DNA from: Cyanobacteria bacterium J06626_4
GTDB taxonomy: Bacteria; Cyanobacteriota; Cyanobacteriia; Phormidesmidales; Phormidesmidaceae
Direction: 5' to 3'
Length of the DNA stretch: 64,000 nucleotides
Assembly: GCA_038523235.1 (NCBI GenBank)
Contig: JBCBJQ010000004.1
Coordinates: 1 to 64,000, forward strand
Shown: positions 31,121 through 42,129 of the stretch, in pieces
Numbering within the stretch: position 1 is the stretch's first letter
Layout: every line of letters begins with the position of its first letter
The notes under the pieces: generated by a model
What the model was told of the DNA's origin: nothing
What the model saw: the letters and a program-made list of their open reading frames with translations, nothing else
Database searches by the model: none
Program-made: the position numbers and the translations under genes

Positions 31121-31954
31121 CCCGCTCTGACTTCAAAATACCGTTTCTTCACCATTGTGCGGCGATCGCGGTCAGTCGGCTAGATAGAGGTCATATTGGC
31201 CAGACGCGTCCCCCGACTGCACGGCGCTACTGCACGACCTGAAACTCAACGTTCAATCGGTGTCCCGCGACGGCATGACACCTGGGGCATTTCGCGGCTG
31301 CTTCCCAATATCCGGACAGGTGACTTGAGATGTTGCCATAACACACCGCAGGATAGCCACTGTCGCGGTCGTTAGAGACGGCATCACCAGTCTAAGCACG
31401 CCTCTTTACTTTTTACTGGGCAAACCTTGGCGGTTAAAGTTGAGCCAAACGTTAGCCTGGGCTCATCCACCGGATACCTTGACTGAGTTTAGTCCTCAGA
31501 AAAACGCTTTAAGCTTTTCCCAATTCTGGGTCTTTGGAACATTGCGATCGCGGCTAGCAACGCCCCTCACCCGTGCATTAATCGCGATAATCGTCTCGAA
31601 AAGTTTAACTAATCACCGCTAAATAGCACTTTCGCAAAGTGTGACCGGCGCAACAAATCCAAAAACATCTTTAAGGCTGTTCTTTTTTTCGAAACCTCGC
31701 TGTAGATTGGCAGGTGTTTACAAAAATTCGTGAAGATATTTTGCGACTAGAGACAATTCGTGTTGCAGTTGTTGGGATTTGCGCACGATGAGCGCTGGCC
31801 GTTTTTTCTTTCCGGTAATGCCAGCTTGATGATCTGGTCGGTCGGGGTTTTTGATCGGCCCAGCGTAAGTTGAGGGGCCGCTTTTAACGTCAAGGACGTC
31901 TCACTGACAGCACTGTCCCCTGATTCAATTTGCTCACAATATCTTCTGAATTTA

Positions 31955-32524
31955 TTGATGTGCCCTGTGAGTTTGCAGAGTATTTTTAACCCGATGCTAA
32001 CTTTGGATTTTCCAGATTTGCTTGATCGTTATGGTTTGGGCGAACGCCAATTTCAGCAGGTTTTTCTAAAGTTTGCTGACGGCTTTGAATGTGACCTGCG
32101 CGAGGTCGATTTGACCGACGCTGTGATTGATAAAGCGTATTTGCCTTACAGCAATTTAAGCCAGGCGAAGCTGTGTGGCGTCGTGATCAAAGCCGGCAAC
32201 TTGGGCGACGCCAAGTTGCTATCAGCCGATTTAGCCCAAGCGCGTCTCAATACGATCAATCTGTCTCGGGCCGATCTACGCTATGCCTGCTTGGCTAAGG
32301 CTGATTTGCGTGGCTGTAATTTGAGCCGAGCCGATTTACAGGGAGCTAATTTGCAGGGCGCTGACCTCACTGGAGCTGATTTGACCGGAGCCAATTTATC
32401 TCAAGCCAAATTGAAGCAGGCTTGCTTTAATGGAGCTACCCTCTTTCGGGCCGTGGCGGTCAACCTGAATTTAGCGGCCTGCGATCGCACGACGATTTTG
32501 CCGAATGGCCATTATTATCAGTGA
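31955..32524 (+). CDS. Pentapeptide repeat protein
   Basis: YGLGERQF N-terminus, many A(D/N)Lxx repeats; start may be 31994. Confidence 0.85.
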   Translation: MMCPVSLQSIFNPMLTLDFPDLLDRYGLGERQFQQVFLKFADGFECDLREVDLTDAVIDKAYLPYSNLSQAKLCGVVIKAGNLGDAKLLSADLAQARLNTINLSRADLRYACLAKADLRGCNLSRADLQGANLQGADLTGADLTGANLSQAKLKQACFNGATLFRAVAVNLNLAACDRTTILPNGHYYQ

Positions 32525-32827
32525 GGTAATGCGATCCTCAGCAACTCCGCCTCACCGCTCTCCCCTGCATCGTTCACAGCACTACCCCAGCCGCTGTTCG
32601 CCGCAACGGTCATTCTGTCGCAGTGAGCAGACTCTCGAGGCCATCCTTGGAACGCTAGCCAGTCCCGAGGCAGCGGAACAGATTTCTTGTCTTTTTTTAG
32701 AGAACCGGGATCACGGCTTTGGCTGCCCGAGTCAAAGGAAAACGCTACCGGGCAAAGCTTCAAGGTATGCTATGCGTATTCTTGACGGGGCTTTAGCTAT
32801 GCTTAGGGCTGAGCGCCATTTCTTCTA

Positions 32828-35686
32828 TTGAGTGTGATCGCAAGACCGATGCGGCATCGTTTCTTTTTCCTTGCAACGCGTGGATGGCAGAGTAGCGGGC
32901 TGGTGTTGCTGTGCTTATTAAGCAGCGGAACTGGACTTGCCGCTCCCACCCTCACAGCAACGCGCCCAGTCTTAGCCCAATCGCTCACCGCTCAAGACCA
33001 AGCAGATCTCGAACGGCTGCAACAAGAAGCCAATCTGGCCTTTACCCGCGCCACCACCCTCGTCTCAATTTTGTTGGCAGCCCTAGCGCTCCTGATCGTG
33101 CTCGGGGTCGTCATGCTGTGGTTTTTGCGGCGTTCCGTCGTGCAGGAAGTCGCCACAGTGGTGCGGGGTCAGCTCAATCAAATGACCGACCTGGAACACA
33201 AGATCCGGACGGCCAGCCGAGAGCTGAACAGCGTGTTAAAAGATGCTGAGGCGATCGCCGATGACATTGAGCAAGAAGCCGAAGGCTTTAAAGACACGTT
33301 GGCCGAAAAGCGTCGCGCCTTAACCCAGGCGATTGAAGATATCAACAGCTCCAAGGTGCGCACGCTGAAAGACTGGGAAGAGCAGGTGACCACCCTGCAG
33401 CAGACGCTCAATGAGCTAGACACCAACGTGACTGAACAGGCCGCCGCTGTTAAAACGCAAATGCAGGAGCGCGCCGCTGGGTTTGAAGCCGACGCCACGA
33501 CTCAAACGGCTGAGGTCTTGGCCTCTGTGCAAAGCACGACTCAATCCTTTCAGCAGGCGCTAGCCGCGATCACGGATCAGGTCAATGATCACAAACAGCA
33601 AACGCTGGGGGGGCTGGATACCTCGGCGACCGAGTTTACCGACCGTTTGCAAAATCTGACTGCTGCAGTCGAAGCTACTCGCGATCGCGCCCTGGCCGAC
33701 CTCGAACAACTGCAGGAGGGGTTTGCCCCCTACTTTGAATCGCTGCGGGACAATTTAGAGTCACAGCTAGAGCAATACCAGCAGCGCGTCATGGATGCTA
33801 TGAGCAACCGTCAGCAGGCGGTCGATCAGCAGCTGGATGAGGTACAGGCCAGCGCTTTAGGACATCGCGACCTCGCCCTGCAAACGATGGAGCGATCGAC
33901 GCAGGATTTTGCCGAACAGTTTCGCCAAGTAAAAGATGAAGTGCTGGCTCAACGCGCCAGTGTATTAGCCGATTTAAGACGTTCTTTAGATGATTTTTTG
34001 GGCCAGTTCAGCGGTTATCAAGGCGAAATTGATGCGGGCAAAGCCCAAACCCTGGCCGATATGCAGCAGTCAGCCAATGACTTTGTCGCCCAGTTTGCCG
34101 CGCTGCAGAGTGCGGTTGACGAGCAGCAAGGAGCCACGCTCAACCAGCTAGAAGCCAGTGCGGATAGCTTTCAGCAGCAGTTGGCTCAAATGCTCGACGA
34201 TTTAGAGACGCGCAAAACCGTCACGTGGGAAGACGTGCAGCGCAGTGCCAGCGAATTTACGGCAACGATACAGCAGCTGCAGGGGGAGAGTCGCGATCGC
34301 GCCACGGCCACCCTGGATGCCCTCAATCGTTTAGAAACGGAACTCAGCCGTCAGCTGGGTGAGGTGCGCGATGCCGTCTTTGACCGCCGCGATCGCATGT
34401 TGGGCAAGCTTGATGAATTTGATCAGCGCCTGACTGAGCATGTAGGCTCGTTGGAACAGGCCAGCGCGGAACGGCAGCAGCAGGCTCAACAGCGTTTAGA
34501 AGCGGTGGAAACTGAGTTTGCCGATCAGCTCACGGAACTCCAAAAAGACATTGCCTCTGGCCGCACTGACGTCATTGCCGATCTCGAAGCGGTCAAACGC
34601 ACAGTGCAAGAGCGACTGATCACCCTACAGGCTGAGGCCCAGGGCGAAAAAGAAGCGATCATGCGACGGTTGGGTGAGGTCGTCCCTGAGTATGTGGCCA
34701 ATACCTTTATGGCCAATACGCAGCAGCAGCTCGAAAACGTGACCGGCCTGTTAGAGCGCCTGCAGAGCAATCGACCCACTCTCTTTATGTCGGCGGAAGA
34801 ACGCATTACCGCTGCTGATCAGCTCCTGGCGGATGGCAACTACGTAGCCGCATTAGAGCAATACACCGAAGCGCTAGAGATTCAGCCTGACAATGTCGAG
34901 GTTTGGCTCAAACAGGCCCAGACGTTAGTTGCACTGGAGCGACCGGCAGACGCGATCGCGGCCTTTGACACGGCCCTTGAGCTCGCCCCCCATAACGTAA
35001 CTGCTCATTTCCAGCGAGGGCTGACCCTGCGCACACTCAAGCGCTATGAGGAGGCCTTGGAAGCCTTCGATCGCGTATTGATGCTAGACGCTGAAGATTC
35101 TAAAGCCTGGGTCAACCGGGGGATGGTGTTGGGCCGACTGCGCCGCCGCGAAGAGGCGATCGCGGCTTTTGATAAAGCCCTGGCCATCCAACCGGATTAC
35201 CAAGAAGCCTGGGTCAATCGGGGAGTTTCTTTCGGGGTTTTGCAGCAGCACAGCGAGGCGTTTCAGTCGTTTGATAAAGCGATCGAGATTCAGGCCAACG
35301 ATGCGGTAGCTTGGCTCAATCGGGGCTTGGCCGCCTTGGAGCTGGAGCGCTTTGAGGAAGCGTTGTCATCCTTTGATAAGGCCACCCGCTTTAACCCCCA
35401 GGCCACCAAAGCTTGGGATAATCAGGGACTCGCCCTCATGAAACTGGGCCGCGACGACGAAGCCTTGACCAGCTTCAACAAAGCCTTGGAGATTGACCCT
35501 GATTATGCCAAAGCGCTTTATCACAAAGCCCTGTGCTACAGCCTGCAGCGCGAATATGACATTGCCCTCGAAAACCTCCAGCTAGCCGTCAGGCTCGATC
35601 CCAATCTACGCGCCGATGCCCAGGGCGAATCGGCCTTTAACGATTTGCGCAATGACGATTGGTTCCGCGAACTGGTAGGTCTGTAG
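32828..35686 (+). CDS. Membrane-anchored long coiled-coil protein with a C-terminal TPR array
   Basis: Signal-like segment, TM helix, roughly 550 aa of Q/E/A-rich helical repeats, about 8 TPR motifs (AWVNRG...). Confidence 0.85.
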   Translation: MSVIARPMRHRFFFLATRGWQSSGLVLLCLLSSGTGLAAPTLTATRPVLAQSLTAQDQADLERLQQEANLAFTRATTLVSILLAALALLIVLGVVMLWFLRRSVVQEVATVVRGQLNQMTDLEHKIRTASRELNSVLKDAEAIADDIEQEAEGFKDTLAEKRRALTQAIEDINSSKVRTLKDWEEQVTTLQQTLNELDTNVTEQAAAVKTQMQERAAGFEADATTQTAEVLASVQSTTQSFQQALAAITDQVNDHKQQTLGGLDTSATEFTDRLQNLTAAVEATRDRALADLEQLQEGFAPYFESLRDNLESQLEQYQQRVMDAMSNRQQAVDQQLDEVQASALGHRDLALQTMERSTQDFAEQFRQVKDEVLAQRASVLADLRRSLDDFLGQFSGYQGEIDAGKAQTLADMQQSANDFVAQFAALQSAVDEQQGATLNQLEASADSFQQQLAQMLDDLETRKTVTWEDVQRSASEFTATIQQLQGESRDRATATLDALNRLETELSRQLGEVRDAVFDRRDRMLGKLDEFDQRLTEHVGSLEQASAERQQQAQQRLEAVETEFADQLTELQKDIASGRTDVIADLEAVKRTVQERLITLQAEAQGEKEAIMRRLGEVVPEYVANTFMANTQQQLENVTGLLERLQSNRPTLFMSAEERITAADQLLADGNYVAALEQYTEALEIQPDNVEVWLKQAQTLVALERPADAIAAFDTALELAPHNVTAHFQRGLTLRTLKRYEEALEAFDRVLMLDAEDSKAWVNRGMVLGRLRRREEAIAAFDKALAIQPDYQEAWVNRGVSFGVLQQHSEAFQSFDKAIEIQANDAVAWLNRGLAALELERFEEALSSFDKATRFNPQATKAWDNQGLALMKLGRDDEALTSFNKALEIDPDYAKALYHKALCYSLQREYDIALENLQLAVRLDPNLRADAQGESAFNDLRNDDWFRELVGL

Positions 35687-35807
35687 GGTTGGTCGTCAGT
35701 TCCTCATTAATCCGGTTTCTGAAGCTCTGACAAGCCACACTATGGCATCAACATCACTCTAAAATTAGGAACTAATCGTTCAACTCGTTGTTGCCGCTCA
35801 TAATCCT

Positions 35808-36329
35808 TTGCCCAAGGTAATCGCTAAACCGATGTCGCCCATTGCCTCTCGCCTCTCTGATACTGAATTGAGCCAGCGCATTCTCGAGATGGCGAAAACT
35901 GGTGTCTATCGAGAGTCGATCTTTGAGGCGTTTCGATCGCTAGCGACCAAACAACAGATTCGCCGGGCGATCACCCACACTAAACAGTTCGGGCTGTATT
36001 CCGTTAAAGAACTCAGAGATGCTGAACTCGGCACTTACTATCAGATTGATCTCGCCAAATATGAGTCCTTTGCTGCCGCGCTGCAGGCCTCGGTACCCAT
36101 GCCGGTGGGCGATGATTTAGCTGCCCAACTGCTGGCCAGTACACAAGCAATTCGGACTATGTTGGCGATTGCGGGTAGCGGCACCCTGATTTTTTTGGTC
36201 GGGGGCAGCCTCTGCTTGCTCACCGGACATTTGCAAAGTGGTCGCTTGGCCTGGGCTAGCGCCGCTAGTCTTGGTTCAATATGGCTGTTGCAGCACAAAC
36301 TGGCGAATGCTCAGGGGCACAGACGTTAG
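35808..36329 (+). CDS. Conserved hypothetical membrane protein
   Basis: ILEMAKTGVYRESIFEA; two C-terminal hydrophobic segments. Confidence 0.7.
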   Translation: MPKVIAKPMSPIASRLSDTELSQRILEMAKTGVYRESIFEAFRSLATKQQIRRAITHTKQFGLYSVKELRDAELGTYYQIDLAKYESFAAALQASVPMPVGDDLAAQLLASTQAIRTMLAIAGSGTLIFLVGGSLCLLTGHLQSGRLAWASAASLGSIWLLQHKLANAQGHRR

Positions 36330-36751
36330 CGTATAAAGCCCACTTCATAAATCTGGGGGCGTATCGCCATTCATCGCTCAATTCTTGCAGGCTAGGGACG
36401 ACCAATTTTACCCCGAGGCCATGAATAGCTACTCTCTAGGCTGACACTCTTTGCCTATGGCCCCGCCGACAGCAAACTGTGCCTCCATCAACAAGCGGCT
36501 ATGAAGACAACGCGATGGTGCCCTTAGGGAATCTACGGAAATCTATCATCCGTGTTTTCAACGACTCATTCCCCTCTCTTCACCCGACGGCAGGCAGGAA
36601 TGAGCCCATTTTGGAGGACTCTTCACACACTTTATGGGGATCGCGATTCGCCATGAAGTTTTTATGAACCTTGTCCTCAGGGCTTTTACGGATATAGGGA
36701 CTCCGAATACTCTGGAGATGTTCAAAGGGGTAATCAAGGAGTTGAGTTTTT

Positions 36752-37465
36752 GTGGTTAACATCTCTAGCCAGTCCGCCACCTCGTTCAACCTTGAGATTG
36801 CTGAGACCGCGCCGGTCAATAATGCCACCCTCGATGATTTGTCGAGCCTGCCCGCTAAGCACCCTTCGGTGACTAACCTCTTCAAGCGGTGTTTAGATAT
36901 CCTTGGGGCATCAGTCGGATTGCTCATCACGGCTATCTTGTTTGTGCCGATTGCGATCGCGATTCAAGTTGATAACCCAGGACCCATCCTTTACAGCCAG
37001 GTCCGCTGTGGCCATCGAGGCAAAACATTCCGCATTTGGAAATTCCGCTCAATGGTGACCAATGCGGATGCCATCAAGCACTTAATTGAAAATGAGGCGC
37101 AAGGGCTCATTTTCAAAAACAAAAACGATCCGAGAATTACCCGCGTGGGCGCTTTTTTAAGAAAAACCAGCCTGGACGAATTCCCTCAGTTTTTGAACGT
37201 TTTGCTGGGAGATATGAGTCTGGTAGGCACTCGCCCGCCGACCGTGGACGAGGTGATGAGCTATGAGCCGCATCATTGGGAGCGCTTAAACGTCAAGCCC
37301 GGCATTACGGGAGAATGGCAAGTACATGGCCGCTCCTCAGTCACCGACTTTGAGGCGATCGTTGGCATGGATTTGCAATACCAGTCGAAATGGTCGGTTT
37401 TCTACGATATTCGACTGATTTTTGAGACCGTTTTAGCCGTGCTCTACCGCAAAGGTGCCTATTAA
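36752..37465 (+). CDS. Bacterial sugar transferase (initiating phosphoglycosyl transferase)
   Basis: KRCLDI, KFRSM, NDPRITRVGAFLRKTSLDEFPQ, GDMSLVGTRP, KPGITGEWQV. Confidence 0.93.
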   Translation: MVNISSQSATSFNLEIAETAPVNNATLDDLSSLPAKHPSVTNLFKRCLDILGASVGLLITAILFVPIAIAIQVDNPGPILYSQVRCGHRGKTFRIWKFRSMVTNADAIKHLIENEAQGLIFKNKNDPRITRVGAFLRKTSLDEFPQFLNVLLGDMSLVGTRPPTVDEVMSYEPHHWERLNVKPGITGEWQVHGRSSVTDFEAIVGMDLQYQSKWSVFYDIRLIFETVLAVLYRKGAY

Positions 37466-37898
37466 TTGGTTTCAATATCATCACTTGGAGACGATGTTTG
37501 TTGCTACCAGATGCGCAATGTGAACGTTTTTGTGAGACAGCAGGTTGCCAAGGGCAATGTGCTGTCTTTTAGTGTGGCTGTGCCTGAGTAGAAAGCCCTG
37601 ATTTTCCGTCGAAGACATTCACGATCACTCATGCATCACAGTCCGGTAGAGCGGTGTTGACGACTGTGCTGAACAGCGCCCGACTGCATGATTTAGTTGA
37701 CCTGAGTTTGGGATCAGGGCATCGAGCTGCTTACCCGTCGGTCGAGGCGATCATTCCCTTTGGGGTAGGGTGCCAAAGGCGGGGTGGGTATCGAGCATCC
37801 GGCTGAGAGGGGTTAAGCCAAACTGGCGTTAGTTATGGGCATCGACTCATCTCAAAAAATCGGCCTAGATGACGTCTCATGCACCAAGTCATGCTGAC

Positions 37899-38252
37899 CT
37901 AATCGGATAATTCAGATGATACCGATCTCTGGCTGGTCAGTTGCGCTAAAAACTGTCGCAAATACTGATTGGCTTGAGGGTAGTCACAACCAGTCTTACT
38001 GGCCGTTAGCTGCTCTAAAATCACCAGCCAGTCTAAATCCATCACTGGACGAATCAACTCATCAGAGCAAATGATGTCAGGGCCATCGCGCAGGTCTAAA
38101 AATTCTGGCTGGCCGTCGGTCGGTTGGGAAGACAGCAAAGACAGGGGACGTAACCAACAGTTGTGGCGCTCTGCAATATGTTGAACCAGCTCTCCATAAA
38201 GGCGGGCATTACCGCACTGAATATAGACAACTTGATAAGCAACAACGCCCAT
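37899..38252 (-). CDS. Hypothetical protein
   Basis: 117-aa ORF with RLYGELVQ...CWLRPL...DLRDGPD pattern; only long ORF in the interval. Confidence 0.65.
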   Translation of the reverse strand: MGVVAYQVVYIQCGNARLYGELVQHIAERHNCWLRPLSLLSSQPTDGQPEFLDLRDGPDIICSDELIRPVMDLDWLVILEQLTASKTGCDYPQANQYLRQFLAQLTSQRSVSSELSD

Positions 38253-38625
38253 GATTCGGTGACTCTGGAGTTTTCATCACTTGGTTTCCCTTCAGCCTAG
38301 CTCGATTCGCGATCGCCGCCCTCACTAGGGCCACAAAAGGCGAAAATTTTGTGATTCCAACAAGATATGGTGTAATCAATCGCCCGCGCCGCTAAAACTG
38401 TCTGGGTCGCTGGCGCTATCTTTGTCACCTTTGAGAATCTCCATTAAGCTTTAAGAAGTTTGCTGGTAACTGCAGAGCCCATCACCGAGTGACGGTGTTA
38501 AGGCCAGTCTGTCTGTCTCAAAGTCCTACAGTTGGTGCTGGGCATTCGGGAGGCGCTGGGCGATCGCTCAAGCCAAAGCAGGTATCAATCAGTCTGAGTC
38601 GTTTAGTTTGTGATTTGAGGCGCCT

Positions 38626-38916
38626 ATGGTGGCTGTCGAAACGATTGAAAGTCGCTCAACATCCACAGTTCGAAAACCAGCCCCGCGCTATCGCGTATTG
38701 CTGCACAATGACGACTTTAATTCGATGGAACACGTCGTTGAATCTTTAATGAAAGTCGTCCCTAGCCTGTCGATGCCGCAGGCCGTCAATATCATGATGC
38801 AAGCCCACGTAGCAGGCGTGGCTGTCGTGATTATTTGTGCCCTCGAACATGCTGAGTTTTATTGTGAAGGGCTCAAAGGCCAAGGCCTTACCAGCTCGAT
38901 TGAACCTGAGGAGTAA
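38626..38916 (+). CDS. clpS: ATP-dependent Clp protease adaptor ClpS
   Basis: PRYRVLLHNDDFNSMEHVV, EHAEFYCEGLK..GLTSSIEP. Confidence 0.95.
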   Translation: MVAVETIESRSTSTVRKPAPRYRVLLHNDDFNSMEHVVESLMKVVPSLSMPQAVNIMMQAHVAGVAVVIICALEHAEFYCEGLKGQGLTSSIEPEE

Positions 38917-38925
38917 CCCCCCACG

Positions 38926-39828
38926 TTGAGCAGGCTGTGGGATTGGCTGCGGCATCGTCCTGCTCTTGTCAGGGCGATTACCTATGTATTGGCCGTCGTG
39001 TTGGTGTCATCGCCCGTCGTGGTGCCCCTCTATCAGCACGAATATGCTGCCACCAATGGGCGATCGGTCATTTGGGCACCGCTCCTACTCTGTGCCGTGT
39101 TTGCCAGTTGTCTGCCCCTGTGGCTACGGCGAGTCCACCGCTGCTCAACACCCTGGGCGGTGCTGGGTTTCTCGGGTGGATTAACCTGGTGGCGGGGCTG
39201 GTTAACAGCGTTTGGGGCCGGGGCTGTGGGGGTGATGTTGCTCTACAGCTGTCAGATGTTTCTTGGTTGGGGGCAGTGGGTTAATTCCAGCGACACCCCG
39301 CTCATCCGCAATCTGTTAGAAGGGTTGCTGGTAGGAATTGGGGTAGGACTGGCAGAGGAACTAATCTTCCGAGGTTGGCTGCTATTTGAGCTGGAACAAG
39401 ACTATGTCGCACCAGTTGCCCTCTGGGTGAACGCAGGCATCTTTGCGATCGCCCATTACCTGCGTCCCCTGGCAGAAATCATCAAAACCTGGCCGCAATT
39501 TGTCGGACTTTGCTTATTGGGCGCCGCGCTGGTCTGGGCGCGGCGCGTCCCGACGAGGCTCACACGCCAGTCCCGCTGGACCACCACTCTCGGCCTGGCA
39601 ACCGGACTGCACGGTGGCCTCGTATTTGCCTACTATCAATTTGATGTGAATGATTGGATTGTTGCAACGGATGACGTTCCAGCCTGGGTCACTGGCGTGG
39701 GGGGCAATCCGCTCGCGGGGCTGCTGGGACTGATGTTTTTGAGTGCGATCGCCTACGCCACCTACGTGGCCAGCCATCCACCCTATCCGCCCCAGTCGGG
39801 GATGAAGAGTGCCTTTCGCCGACGTTAA
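38926..39828 (+). CDS. CPBP (CAAX/Abi) family intramembrane metalloprotease
   Basis: EELIFRGWL, FAIAH and GLHGG motifs; multiple TM segments. Confidence 0.88.
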   Translation: MSRLWDWLRHRPALVRAITYVLAVVLVSSPVVVPLYQHEYAATNGRSVIWAPLLLCAVFASCLPLWLRRVHRCSTPWAVLGFSGGLTWWRGWLTAFGAGAVGVMLLYSCQMFLGWGQWVNSSDTPLIRNLLEGLLVGIGVGLAEELIFRGWLLFELEQDYVAPVALWVNAGIFAIAHYLRPLAEIIKTWPQFVGLCLLGAALVWARRVPTRLTRQSRWTTTLGLATGLHGGLVFAYYQFDVNDWIVATDDVPAWVTGVGGNPLAGLLGLMFLSAIAYATYVASHPPYPPQSGMKSAFRRR

Positions 39829-40322
39829 TCCACTAAAATTTCGGATTCGCTGTCTTCGACCGCATCTGAGAGGGTGCCCAGCTCCGAATTCAGCGCTTCT
39901 TGCGCCTCTAGTAGCTGTTCGATACTCTCAAAGGGATACGGCTGAGTAAACAGCACACTGTTGTTCAGACAGACGAGCATCTCAGCGGCAAACTCGTAGC
40001 GGGTAACTAATTCATCACCGCGAAAGGTGCCATCGGGATACCCTTCCAGGCAGCCGTAGTTGTTGATCAGAGTATTGACAGCGCTGTAGGCCCAGTGGGT
40101 GGGGGCGACATCGGCAAAGCCACCGTCAGGCAAAACTTGAGCCTGTTGGGGAGCCGCCATCTCCAGGCTAGTGCTGACCGGAGCCGCGAGCGTTGGCAGG
40201 GGTACGTCTGTCATTGAGGCGGTTGGCTCTGCAATAGAATCGGCGATCGCGCCCGGTGTCAGCAGAGCCATGCCTAAAGCGGTTAATCCGATGGCGCCAA
40301 TGGAGAGAACGGGTGTTTTCAT
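39825..40322 (-). CDS. Secreted SLH-domain protein (porin-type SLH, no beta-barrel)
   Basis: Signal peptide; FADVAPTHWAYSAV...YGCLEGYPDGTFRG...TRYEFAA; probable start 40322. Confidence 0.8.
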   Translation of the reverse strand: MKTPVLSIGAIGLTALGMALLTPGAIADSIAEPTASMTDVPLPTLAAPVSTSLEMAAPQQAQVLPDGGFADVAPTHWAYSAVNTLINNYGCLEGYPDGTFRGDELVTRYEFAAEMLVCLNNSVLFTQPYPFESIEQLLEAQEALNSELGTLSDAVEDSESEILVD

Positions 40323-40487
40323 CAGAGATCCGAGTGGGGTTTGAAGGATGACAGCTGCAGACAACGAGCAAAACCAGCGCCAGGGCAAAGAGGCGATGCC
40401 AAACAGTCGTTAGACGTCCTTAAATGAATGGTAATATGCGATTCGCGAAATGGGGAGTTGTCGGCATTGTGGAAGGAAAAGCGCGCT

Positions 40488-41417
40488 ATGGCCAATTCAT
40501 ATGTAGTCTCGGTACCAGCGACCACGGCCAACCTTGGGCCGGGGTTTGACTGTTTAGGCGCTGCCCTGACCCGCTACAACCGGTTTACGTTCACGCCGCT
40601 AACTGGCGCTGAACCCCTGCAAATCACTGTGACCGGTGCCGAGCACGAGCGCGTCGCTACGGATGCCTCAAATCTCGCCTATGTCGCTTTTCGTCAGTTT
40701 TTTGCCCACATCCACCAGCCGGTGCCGCCCGTGCGATTGCAGATTGAGCTGGGCCTGCCGCTGGCTCGGGGCTTAGGCAGCTCATCGACGGCGATTGTGG
40801 GCGGTATTTTAGGCGCCAACGCCTTGGCTGACCAGGTCTTAAATACCGCTGAACTGGCGCAGCTAGCCACCGCGATCGAGGGCCATCCTGACAATGTGGT
40901 GCCCGCCCTATTGGGGGGCTGCCGGCTGGCCACGGCCAATGAGGCCGGCGATGGCACGATTTGTGAAGTGCCCTGGCAGGCCGCCATCATTCCTATCGTG
41001 GCAATCCCCGCCTTTGAGATTTCAACCGCGAAAGCACGGCAGGTTTTGCCCCAGCACTATTCCCGTGCGGATGCTGTCTACACGCTGGGGCATCTGGGGT
41101 TGCTGATGCAAGCGTTAGCCACTGGCAATGGTGATTGGCTCGCCACGGCCCTGGGCGATCGCATCCATGAGCCCTATCGCAAAACCTTGATACCGGGCTA
41201 TGAGGCCGTGAGCCAAGCCGCTCGTCAGGCCGGGGCCTATGGGGTCACCATCAGTGGTGCTGGTCCGACTCTGTTAGCATTGGGCGGTCCGGCTCAGGCG
41301 GCAGCGATCGCCCAGGCGATGACCATCACTTGGCAGCAGCAAGGCATTGACGTGGTAGATGCCTGTCCCCTCGCGATCGATACGACAGGAGCCACCGTGA
41401 CCGCAATCGATGCGTAG
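40488..41417 (+). CDS. thrB: Homoserine kinase
   Basis: VPATTANLGPGFD, PLARGLGSSS, EGHPDN, ISGAGPT. Confidence 0.96.
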   Translation: MANSYVVSVPATTANLGPGFDCLGAALTRYNRFTFTPLTGAEPLQITVTGAEHERVATDASNLAYVAFRQFFAHIHQPVPPVRLQIELGLPLARGLGSSSTAIVGGILGANALADQVLNTAELAQLATAIEGHPDNVVPALLGGCRLATANEAGDGTICEVPWQAAIIPIVAIPAFEISTAKARQVLPQHYSRADAVYTLGHLGLLMQALATGNGDWLATALGDRIHEPYRKTLIPGYEAVSQAARQAGAYGVTISGAGPTLLALGGPAQAAAIAQAMTITWQQQGIDVVDACPLAIDTTGATVTAIDA

Positions 41418-41604
41418 CGTCATTACGCATCCCTAACTGGGTGACAACTGCTTAAAGCGCTTGCTGCATCAAAGATCGAGTTTGATCTGTACTGACAATA
41501 GAGTTGTTTATGGGGCTTGAGCGCCATCAGTTGAGCGGCCCCATTGCCCTATATTGCATGCTACGAAGCCGCCTCTGATCGTTGGAGTGAGACCGCCAAT
41601 CAGA

Positions 41605-42129
41605 TTAATCGGGATACCAAAACATGCCTTTGATCCCTTCTGGATCGGGCATGAATCCTAGATTGCGGTAAAAATCCACCACATGTGGATCGGCGAACAA
41701 CGTGACGTTGCTGATATCTTCGCTGCGGAGCTTTTTGATGAGCTGCTTCATCAGCGTTTTGCCCAAGCCCTTGCCCTGATAGTCAGGGTGGATCACGACA
41801 TCCCAAATGGTGGCATTAAAGGCATGGTCAGACGTCGCGCGCGAAAACCCAACCAGGCGACGGCGGCTACCTTGCTGTTCCCACATCGTCACGACTAAGA
41901 AGCTATGCTGAATCGCCTTGCGCACTTTGCGAATCGGTCGTCGAGCCCAGCCCACAGCATCACATAGCTCCTCTAATTCGTAGAGGTCGATGTCTCGATC
42001 AGTGCTAAAGGTGATTTGAGCGCCGCGATCTGGATTGGAGACCTCGGTCAGCGTATTGGCTGATGACGCTTGTTCCCGAGGGGGGAGGTCGGCCTCAGCA
42101 CCGTTAAATAAGCTTTTCCAGAAACCCAT
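41605..42129 (-). CDS. ycf52: GNAT acetyltransferase, Ycf52/NSI family
   Basis: [52 protein letters not shown]. Confidence 0.88.
   Translation of the reverse strand: MGFWKSLFNGAEADLPPREQASSANTLTEVSNPDRGAQITFSTDRDIDLYELEELCDAVGWARRPIRKVRKAIQHSFLVVTMWEQQGSRRRLVGFSRATSDHAFNATIWDVVIHPDYQGKGLGKTLMKQLIKKLRSEDISNVTLFADPHVVDFYRNLGFMPDPEGIKGMFWYPD

Noticed and set aside
32505..32831. 108-aa ORF between the pentapeptide and TPR genes
   Set aside because: No recognisable motif and atypical composition; cannot be supported despite a possible GAGG RBS
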